Of a stretch of 64,000 nt of DNA, positions 56,431 through 64,000 are shown piece by piece. The position numbers and the translations under genes are program-made. Numbering within the stretch: the stretch's first letter is position 1; each line of letters begins with the position of its first letter. The stretch is taken from the NCBI GenBank assembly GCA_045637095.1, contig JAZTYX010000054.1, forward strand, positions 1,373-65,372. The letters run 5' to 3'. Under the pieces are notes generated by a model. It saw only the letters and a list, made by a program, of their open reading frames with translations, ran no database searches and was not told the DNA's origin. This DNA comes from Clostridia bacterium (lineage in GTDB: Bacteria > Bacillota > Clostridia > TANB77 > CAG-465).

Positions 56431-56802
56431 ATGAAGAAAACAGTAATAACATTAATATTTGCAATAGTAATCGTATTTGGCTTCATATTTGGCTCAAATC
56501 TAGAAATACCATATAAATATACTGCATATATTGCGGTGGCAATATTAGCATTCTTAGATTCGTTATTTGGTGGCATAGTATCCAATATGAAAAACGAATT
56601 CGATATGACGGTTTTTATATCAGGATTCTTTGTAAATGCTCTTATAGCAATATTTTTAGTATATCTAGGACAAAAATTAAATGTAGATATTTACCTTGCA
56701 GCTGTAATAGTATTTACAACAAGATTGTTTACAAACCTAAGTATAATCCGTAGATTAATAATAGAAAATATAGAAGAAAATAAGAAGAATAAAAAAGCAT
56801 AG
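56431..56802 (+). CDS. sbp: Small basic protein (DUF1290, Sbp)
   Basis: 123 aa with four TM helices. Sits at the position of B. subtilis sbp, after the DUF881 genes. Confidence 0.7.
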   Translation: MKKTVITLIFAIVIVFGFIFGSNLEIPYKYTAYIAVAILAFLDSLFGGIVSNMKNEFDMTVFISGFFVNALIAIFLVYLGQKLNVDIYLAAVIVFTTRLFTNLSIIRRLIIENIEENKKNKKA

Positions 56803-56907
56803 CTAAGAAAAGAAATGTCATAAAACTACATGTATAGTCGAATGCATTGAGAGTAAAAAATAGTAAATATATAATAATACCGAAACGTAAAGTGGAGGTA
56901 TTTTTTT

Positions 56908-59170
56908 ATGCATGAGTTTACTAAAAAGGCAGAATCTGTTTTAGAGAAAACAAGACTTTTTGCAATAAAACATCGATATACATATATAGGAACAGAACAT
57001 ATACTGTATGGTTTAATTAAAGAACAAACCTCGATCGCGGGTAAAATACTTTCAAAGCAAAAGATAACAGCAAAGTATATAGAACAAGAAATACTAAAGA
57101 TAGATGGAGTGAAAGATAAAGAACAGTTAAAAATAACAGAACCTACCTTTACATTAAGAGCTAAAAAGGTAATAGAAAACAGTATTAAAGAGGCGAATAA
57201 AACGGGTGCCAATTATATTGGGACAGAACATATTCTTTTAGCATTAATGAAGGAAACAGATAGTATTGCGGTTAGAATACTAATAGAAGCAAACATAGAT
57301 CCAGAAAAAGTATTTACAGATATTATCAAATACATAACTGAAGAACATTATACGGCTTCTACATCTAAAAATAGTAATACACAAGCTTTAGATATGTATA
57401 CAGAAGATATAACGGAGCTTGCAAAAAGAAATAAGCTAGAGCAAGTTGTAGGAATGGAACCATATATAACAAGGTGTTTACAGATTCTTTTAAGAAAAAC
57501 AAAAAATAATGTGTTAATAATTGGTGAAGCTGGAGTTGGGAAAACGAGTCTGGTATATGCTTTAACTAAACGAATTTTAGAAGAAAACGCAGGTATAAAT
57601 AAAAGAATATTAGAGTTAGATATATCTTCGATGTTAGCAGGTGCTAAGTATAGAGGGGATTTTGAAGAAAGATTAAAGAAATGTATTTTAGAAGCGAAAG
57701 CTGAAGAAAATATTTTGCTATATATAGACGATATGAGAAATATAATAAGCTTAGGAAACACAGAAGGTTCTTTAGATGCAGCAAATATTCTTAAACCATA
57801 TTTATCAAAAGGAGAGATACAAGTAATAGGAACATGTACAATAGATGAGTATGCAAAATACATAGAAAAAGATATGTCATTAAATAGACTTTTTCAAACA
57901 ATAGATATAAAAGAACCAAACAAAAACGAGACATATAATATAATTAAGGGGATAAAAAGTAGATACGAAAAACATCATAACGTTGTAATTCCAGATGAAA
58001 CAATAAAAGAAAGTATAGAACTTGGTATAAGGTATATACATACAAGAAAGATGCCGGACAAAATAATAGATATTTTGGATGAGGCTTGTGCTAAAGCGAA
58101 AACGGAAAAAAGGAATACTGTGTTAATGGAAGATATAGAAAGTATTGTTTCTAAAATTACAAATATACCAGCTCAAAAAATAAAAAAGAGTGAGAAGGAA
58201 AAACTAATCTTTTTAGAAAAAAGATTAAAAGAAAATGTAATTGGTCAAGATGAAGCAATAAAGAAAATTTCTAATGTTATAAAAAGAAATAGGCTAGGTA
58301 TAAGAGATACAAAAAGGCCTATGGGTGTTTTCCTTTTTACTGGTCCTACACGGTGTTGGTAAAACAGAGTTGGTAAAGGTGCTTGCGAGTGAGCTGTTAG
58401 ATTCTAAAGAAAATATAATAAGATTAGATATGTCAGAATACATGGAAAGGCACAGCGTGTCAAAGTTAATAGGCGCGCCACCAGGATATATTGGATTTGG
58501 TGAACTAGGAACTTTAACAGATAAGATTAAACGTAATCCATATAGCATAATTCTTTTTGACGAAATAGAAAAAGCACATCCGGATATATATAATATATTG
58601 CTTCAACTTTTTGATGATGGAAGATTAACAGATAGTAAAGGAAGTACAGTAAACTTTAACAATACTATATGTATAATGACATCAAATATTGGAGCTAGAA
58701 ATATAACAGATGCTAAAACATTAGGATTTGCAAAAGTTAATTCGGAAAAAGAAGAATATGAAAATATGAAAAAAGAAGTAATGGAGGAAGTGAATAAAAG
58801 ATTTAGTCCGGAATTTCTAAATAGATTGGATGATGTCATTGTGTTTAATAAACTAAGTAAAGAGGATATATTAAATATAACCAAGTTAATGTTAAAGGAT
58901 ACAAAAGAAAGAATAATGACTAGAGGGCTAAAAATTGAATTTAACGGCGAATTAGAAAAACACATATCTGTTGTAGGGTATGATGCTAAAAAAGGCGCTA
59001 GACCTATTTTAAGAGCAATACGAACTAAAATAGAAGATGAGTTGTCAGAGTATTTGTTAAAAAATGAAGTAGAAAAAGATGAAAAAATAAAGATAAGATA
59101 TATACCTAAGAAGGATAAAATAGAGATAAGCAAGACGTCGCTAAGACGCAAGGTTGAAAAAATGATGTAA
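56908..59170 (+). pseudogene. ClpC/ClpE-like AAA+ chaperone gene without an M-domain, split by a +1 frameshift in the D2 Walker A codons
   Basis: Two Clp_N repeats and D1 Walker A GEAGVGKTS, but D1 Walker B is IDDM rather than IDE. The frame breaks at about 58351: the sequence ggtcctacaCggtgttggtaaaaca would read GPTGVGKT if a single C were removed. The downstream frame carries an intact D2 (Walker B LFDEIEKAHPD) and a ClpB_D2-small domain. Confidence 0.7.
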
Positions 59171-59260
59171 AAGTGATATAATATTAATATCATCAATTTT
59201 TGATGGTCAACGTTAATATGTTTGAAAAAATAAAAAACAACAAAATTTTGGAGGTTTAAA

Positions 59261-59596
59261 ATGAAAGAGGTAAAAACAGTAAAGACATTGGCAGAGAAAC
59301 GGTTAGCATTTGCTGATCAGGAAAACTATGGTGACAAGTACATCAGCGGTACTTATGATCTCATCGCAGATCTGTACGAGATGAAAGTGGCACCTAAGTT
59401 TAAACTTGAAAAGATCTTCGCAACGCTCAATTTGCTTACTCTTAAAGAGGAGCTTATTATCAGATACTATTATGGTATCGATAGAATCAAATCAACAGTT
59501 GAAGAGATCGCAGAAAAGTTTAACATCTCTGTAGCAACAGCTAAGAGAATCCTCACAAACGGCAAAAAGCAGTTCATGGTAAACATGGCAGCTTAA
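59261..59596 (+). CDS. Small protein consisting essentially of a sigma-70 region-4-like HTH; GC-enriched island
   Basis: LTLKEELIIRYYYGIDRIKSTVEEIAEKFNISVATAKRILTNGKKQ matches the sigma-70 r4 HTH. GC is about 40% against about 28% in the background. SD GGAGG. Confidence 0.55.
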   Translation: MKEVKTVKTLAEKRLAFADQENYGDKYISGTYDLIADLYEMKVAPKFKLEKIFATLNLLTLKEELIIRYYYGIDRIKSTVEEIAEKFNISVATAKRILTNGKKQFMVNMAA

Positions 59597-59607
59597 GCAT
59601 TAACGGA

Positions 59608-59646
59608 AAGAGCATCGGTTAGAACCGGTGCTCTTCTTATTATATT
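59608..59646 (+). terminator. rho-independent terminator
   Basis: AAGAGCATCGGTT-ag-AACCGGTGCTCTT followed by CTTATTATATTT. Confidence 0.6.
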
Positions 59647-59658
59647 TATTTAAATTTG

Positions 59659-60888
59659 TTATTCGACATCTTCGTCTATTCCTGAGTCACTTAAAGTAGG
59701 TAGCATATCATAAAATGCCACTTCGTCAGAAACAGGTAACGCTTCGACATTTTTTAATTTTCTTTCAATAGTACGAGTTTTTCTTGTTGCATCAGACATT
59801 GTATTAGATATTTCAACAAGCTTTTTATTTGTCTTTTCTAGTAAATCACCAAACTTAGTAAATTCTGTTTTAACTACTCCAAGTAATTCCCAAACTTCAC
59901 TAGAGCGTTTTTCTATAGCTAAAGTTCTAAATCCCATTTGTAAGCTGTTAAGTAATGCAACAAATGTAGAAGGACCAGATATAACAACTCTAAATTTTTG
60001 TGTTAAAGTTTCGCATAAATCTGTGTTTCTAATTACTTCACAGTATAAACTTTCAGTAGGTAAGAACATTATACCAAAGTCTGTTGTATATGGTGGATCA
60101 AGATATTTTTCATTTATATCCTTAGCACACTTTTTAATTTGCATTTCTAGTTTCTTTCTAGATTCATCAATAAGTTCTAAATCTCCAGCTTCTTCAGCTG
60201 CTACAAGTCTTGAGTAATCTTCTATAGGGAATTTAGAGTCTACTGGTAAAAGTACAGTATCTATATTGTTTTTACCAGGAAGTTTGATTGCAAATTCTAC
60301 AAAGTCATTAGATTTAGCTTTTGTTTTAACATTTGTTAAATATTGTTCTGGAGTTAAGAATTGTTCAAGTATATTTGATAGTTGTATTTCACCCCAGTAA
60401 CCACGAGCTTTAACATTAGTGAACACATTTTTAAGATCTCCAACGCCTTTAGCTAAGCTTTGCATTTCGCCTAATCCTTTTTGAACAGATTCTAGGTTGT
60501 TACTTACTATTTTGAAAGATTCACTAAGTCTTTTTTCTAGAGTAGATTGAAGTTTTTCATCTACAGTAAGTCTCATTTTTTCTAGTTTTTCACCATTATC
60601 TCTTTGAATAGATGTAAGTCTATCTTCAACAGATTTACGAATGTTTTCCAGTTTAGTTTCATTTAGTTGAGTAAGATTTGTAATCGCATTTTGTTGTATA
60701 GTTGTATTATCTACAATTTTACCACCAATTGTGTTAGTAATATCATCGCGAGTATTTTTTAGGCTTAACTCAATAACCTTTTTAAAATCTTCTAAATCAT
60801 TCTTTTTGTTTTTCTTTAATAGCAGCATGCAAAGTAGCACAATTACTAGTAAAAGAACAGCTATAATAGCTATTAATGTTGTATTCAT
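59659..60888 (-). CDS. rmuC: DNA recombination protein RmuC
   Basis: N-terminal TM, a long coiled coil, and a C-terminal RmuC nuclease-like domain (ARGYWGEIQLSNILEQ...). Confidence 0.85.
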   Translation of the reverse strand: MNTTLIAIIAVLLLVIVLLCMLLLKKNKKNDLEDFKKVIELSLKNTRDDITNTIGGKIVDNTTIQQNAITNLTQLNETKLENIRKSVEDRLTSIQRDNGEKLEKMRLTVDEKLQSTLEKRLSESFKIVSNNLESVQKGLGEMQSLAKGVGDLKNVFTNVKARGYWGEIQLSNILEQFLTPEQYLTNVKTKAKSNDFVEFAIKLPGKNNIDTVLLPVDSKFPIEDYSRLVAAEEAGDLELIDESRKKLEMQIKKCAKDINEKYLDPPYTTDFGIMFLPTESLYCEVIRNTDLCETLTQKFRVVISGPSTFVALLNSLQMGFRTLAIEKRSSEVWELLGVVKTEFTKFGDLLEKTNKKLVEISNTMSDATRKTRTIERKLKNVEALPVSDEVAFYDMLPTLSDSGIDEDVE

Positions 60889-61034
60889 ATATTCACTCCC
60901 TTAATGGAATTTAGTATATCATACAAAACATTTGTTTGTCAATTAGAAGCGAGTAAGATATATAAATTTGTTAATCTTTGTTGATACCAACATTTTTTTG
61001 TGATATTCTTAACCATACATAAGGGTGAAAAAAT

Positions 61035-62195
61035 ATGAATAATAAAAAAGAAACAATTATGATTATGGTCATGATATTTCTTGCTACAATAATCGTAAGA
61101 GTATATTGTTTTCCGTTATTATCTGGGGACTATGTTAATTTCTTAGAGCCTTGGGTAGAAGAAATAAGGGAGAAAGGTGGATTTGCGGCACTTAAAGAAC
61201 CACTAGGCAACTATAACATACCATATATAATAATATTAATTTTAATATCGTACTTAAAGTGCGAACCGCTAATACCGATAAAAATAGTATCAATTATTTT
61301 TGATTTTGTATGTGCATTTGCAACATACAAGATAGTAAATAAAATAACTGGTAATAAAAATACAGCAATGGCATTTTCTGTTTTGATTTTATGGCTGCCA
61401 ACAGTTATTATGAATGGGGCACTTTGGGGACAATGTGATAGTATTTATGGGGCATTCGTACTTCTTGCAATATATTACTTAATGGAAAATAAAAATATAA
61501 AAGCTTTTGTAATGTTAGGTTTAGCATTTGCATTTAAGTTACAAGCCGTGTTTATACTTCCGTTGTTTGTACTTCTATTGTTTAGAAATAAAGATGTGAA
61601 ATGGTATTATTTCTTTATACCAATAGGTATAGTGCTATTAGCAGGAATGCCTGCAGTAATAGCTGGGCAAAGTATAACTAGTGTTCTTGGAATATATGGT
61701 GGACAGGTAGAAACATATAACGCATTAACAGCAAATTTCCCAAATATCTATTCAATAATAATTAAGTTCCCGTTTGCAGAAGAATACAATGGACTTATAA
61801 CAATAATAGGAATACTAGTAACTATGCTTGTATATTTTGCAATGTGGCTTGTAGTATTAATTAAGAAGGTAAATTTTGATGAAAAGAAAATACTTCTTGT
61901 TGGACTATGGAGTATAATAATTGCAACATTCTTGTTGCCAAGAATGCATGATAGATATATGTATATAGCAGATATTTTAAGTGTAATTTGGCTTGTGGTA
62001 AATAATAAAAACAAATTATTACCACTTATGATTAATTTAACATCAACAATAACATATCTAGGATTTTTATTCTTTGGAGAAGGAGATTATAGTGCGTGGG
62101 CTTTAATATATACTTTAACAGTAATAGAATTTACTGTGTATGTATTTAGAGTATTACTGGATAAGAAAAAGCTTGATGAAGTAGTTAAAGAATAA
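61035..62195 (+). CDS. Polytopic membrane protein, possibly a GT-C-fold glycosyltransferase (DUF2029/PMT_2-like)
   Basis: About 10 TM helices. An early extracytoplasmic loop carries acidic residues (LSGDYVNFLEPWVEE), and a conserved-looking WGQCDS motif is present. Confidence 0.35.
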   Translation: MNNKKETIMIMVMIFLATIIVRVYCFPLLSGDYVNFLEPWVEEIREKGGFAALKEPLGNYNIPYIIILILISYLKCEPLIPIKIVSIIFDFVCAFATYKIVNKITGNKNTAMAFSVLILWLPTVIMNGALWGQCDSIYGAFVLLAIYYLMENKNIKAFVMLGLAFAFKLQAVFILPLFVLLLFRNKDVKWYYFFIPIGIVLLAGMPAVIAGQSITSVLGIYGGQVETYNALTANFPNIYSIIIKFPFAEEYNGLITIIGILVTMLVYFAMWLVVLIKKVNFDEKKILLVGLWSIIIATFLLPRMHDRYMYIADILSVIWLVVNNKNKLLPLMINLTSTITYLGFLFFGEGDYSAWALIYTLTVIEFTVYVFRVLLDKKKLDEVVKE

Positions 62196-62205
62196 TATAA
62201 AATGG

Positions 62206-62246
62206 AAAGTGTATAAACGCTATTGCTTTTATACACTTTCTTTGAT
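62206..62246 (+). terminator. rho-independent terminator
   Basis: AAAGTGTATAAA-cgctattgc-TTTTATACACTTT followed by CTTTGAT. Confidence 0.65.
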
Positions 62247-62291
62247 ATTATAATCATACAAGTTTAGACTTGTACAAGGGAGGAAAATAAA

Positions 62292-62801
62292 ATGTCTAAA
62301 AAGAAAATAGCAATAATTGCAGTAGCAGTTGTAGTAGTTATAGCTGCAGTAGTAGCAGCAGTTCTTTTAATGCCTAAAAAAGTAGCAAACGTTGAAGGTA
62401 CATTAGAAGAAATAATGGCTAAAGTTTATGCTGGATTTGGTGAAGATGAACTTCCAATGTTAGGAGATATGCCTGTTGATGTAACAGATCCTGACGCAGT
62501 TTCTTATTATTTAGGTACATCAGAACTTTCAATAAAAGAAGCTTTAGTTCGTGAACCAATGATGGGTTCTATACCACACTCAGTAGTTTTAGTAAGATTA
62601 AATGATGCTAATGATGCTGAAGATGCAGTTGCAAAAATAAAAGCAAATGCAAATCCAAGAAAATGGATATGTGTAGAAGCTAAAAATGTAGTTGTAGATA
62701 ATATAGGAGATCTAGTTATATTAATAATGGTTGACTCTGAAGGACAAACTACACCAGAGATAGCACCAAAATTAACAGCTAATTTTGGAGGCTTAAAATA
62801 G
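62292..62801 (+). CDS. Signal-anchored hypothetical protein (possibly a DUF4358-type MBOAT partner)
   Basis: N-terminal TM (IAIIAVAVVVVIAAVVAAVLLM). The MBOAT gene starts 2 nt after its stop. Confidence 0.45.
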   Translation: MSKKKIAIIAVAVVVVIAAVVAAVLLMPKKVANVEGTLEEIMAKVYAGFGEDELPMLGDMPVDVTDPDAVSYYLGTSELSIKEALVREPMMGSIPHSVVLVRLNDANDAEDAVAKIKANANPRKWICVEAKNVVVDNIGDLVILIMVDSEGQTTPEIAPKLTANFGGLK

Positions 62802-62802
62802 G

Positions 62803-64000
62803 ATGGTATTTTCAAGTATAACATTCTTATACTTTTTTTTACCAATACTACTTATAGTATATTATATAGTTCCAAAGAAATATAGAAACTTAGTATTATT
62901 AATATTTAGCCTGTTATTCTATTTTTATGGTGAAAGTAATATAGTACTTGTTGCTTCTTTAGCAATGAATTATTTCTTTGGAATTTTTATAAGTAAAGAA
63001 AAGGAAAAAGAAAAGAACAAACAAAAAAACAGAGCAAAACTTTATTTAACACTTGGTGTAATAGCTAATGCAGCACTGCTTGGATATTATAAATACATGA
63101 ACTTCTTTATAGACAATATAAATGGAATATTTGGTGGAGATATAAAGAATCTAAATATAATTCTTCCTTTAGGAATAAGCTTCTTTACATTTCAAAATAT
63201 AAGCTACTTAGTAGATGTATATCGTGGAGAGGTAGAAGCACCAAAGAGTGTAATAAAATATGGAACATATATAACACTTTTCCCACAACTTATAGCTGGA
63301 CCAATAGTTAGATATAAAGATGTGGCAGAAGCGGTAGATAATAGAAAAGAGTCATGGGAACAATTTGGATATGGAGTATATAGATTTTGTATCGGTATGG
63401 CAAAGAAAATATTAGTAGCAAATGCTATGGGTGAACTTGCAACAACACTAGCAGGAATGGGAACAAAAACAGTTCTATCATACATAGTAGAAGCACTATG
63501 CTATACATTACAAATATACTTTGATTTCTCGGGTTATAGTGATATGGCAATAGGTCTTGGTTCAATGTTTGGATTTAGATTCAAAGAAAACTTTGACCAC
63601 CCATTATTTGCAACAAGCATAACAGAATTCTGGAGAAGATGGCATATGTCTTTAACATCATTCTTTAGAGATTATATATATATACCTTTAGGTGGTAATA
63701 GAGTATCTAAATTAAAATGGTATAGAAATTTATTAGTAGTATGGCTACTTACAGGTTTCTGGCATGGAGCTAGCTGGAACTTTGTATTATGGGGATTATA
63801 CTGTTTTGCATTCTTAATGTTAGAAAAGAACTTCTTACATAAGTTCCTTAAAAAAGGAGTATTATCTCATTTATATACAATAATAGTAACAATGGTTGGC
63901 TTTGTAATATTTAATATGCCAGATCTACCAGCAGTAGGAAACTACATTAAATGTATGTTTGGTTTTGGCGGACTTAAGTTTGCTAACTTTGAAACGTTGT
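62803..64000 (+). CDS. MBOAT-family membrane O-acyltransferase (DltB/AlgI-like), 3' end beyond the window
   Basis: Open frame to the window end without a stop. Carries MBOAT motifs FWRRWHMSLTSFFRDYIYIPLGGNR and LTGFWHGASWNFVLWG (catalytic His). Confidence 0.85.
   Translation, partial: MVFSSITFLYFFLPILLIVYYIVPKKYRNLVLLIFSLLFYFYGESNIVLVASLAMNYFFGIFISKEKEKEKNKQKNRAKLYLTLGVIANAALLGYYKYMNFFIDNINGIFGGDIKNLNIILPLGISFFTFQNISYLVDVYRGEVEAPKSVIKYGTYITLFPQLIAGPIVRYKDVAEAVDNRKESWEQFGYGVYRFCIGMAKKILVANAMGELATTLAGMGTKTVLSYIVEALCYTLQIYFDFSGYSDMAIGLGSMFGFRFKENFDHPLFATSITEFWRRWHMSLTSFFRDYIYIPLGGNRVSKLKWYRNLLVVWLLTGFWHGASWNFVLWGLYCFAFLMLEKNFLHKFLKKGVLSHLYTIIVTMVGFVIFNMPDLPAVGNYIKCMFGFGGLKFANFETL

Overview
This is a 64 kb window from a very AT-rich, Lys/Ile-rich chromosome of the Firmicutes/Clostridia type. 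An endospore-former is likely, given gpr, a SpoVD/PBP2B-type PBP, sbp and a BclA-like collagen protein. Genes are dense and lie mainly on the + strand. Recognisable core loci: a partial DUF212 gene; an isolated tRNA-Arg(TCT); nfeD plus an SPFH/stomatin gene; a stand-alone rpsO; a YloB-type Ca2+ P-type ATPase; a rhodanese gene next to trxA; smc; trmFO-holA; gpr; the rimP-nusA-ylxR-infB-rbfA-nrnA-truB operon; galE; an M23 peptidase; a dcw cluster (mraZ-rsmH-ftsL-pbp-murE-mraY-ftsW-murG-divIB-DUF881-sbp) that lacks murF, murD, ftsA and ftsZ and ends in a frameshifted clpC-like gene; rmuC; and a terminal MBOAT (DltB/AlgI-like) gene cut by the window edge. No transposase or integrase genes, CRISPR arrays or rRNA genes were seen. 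The most unusual content is a dispersed family of four paralogous membrane-anchored proteins whose N-termini resemble type IV prepilin leaders but lack Phe+1 and Glu+5. Two are in an operon with a catalytically degenerate GH18-like protein, one sits directly after smc and one directly before mraZ. Other items worth a second look: a highly expressed-looking protein with three 138-bp tandem repeats; an overlapping two-gene module of unknown proteins convergent on rpsO; a PLD-like/B3-like protein with a degenerate active site upstream of smc; three single-gene GC-rich islands; a duplicated roughly 100-bp intergenic unit ahead of two tandem small paralogous genes; a cluster of Spo0A-box heptamers; and MraZ-type operator repeats.
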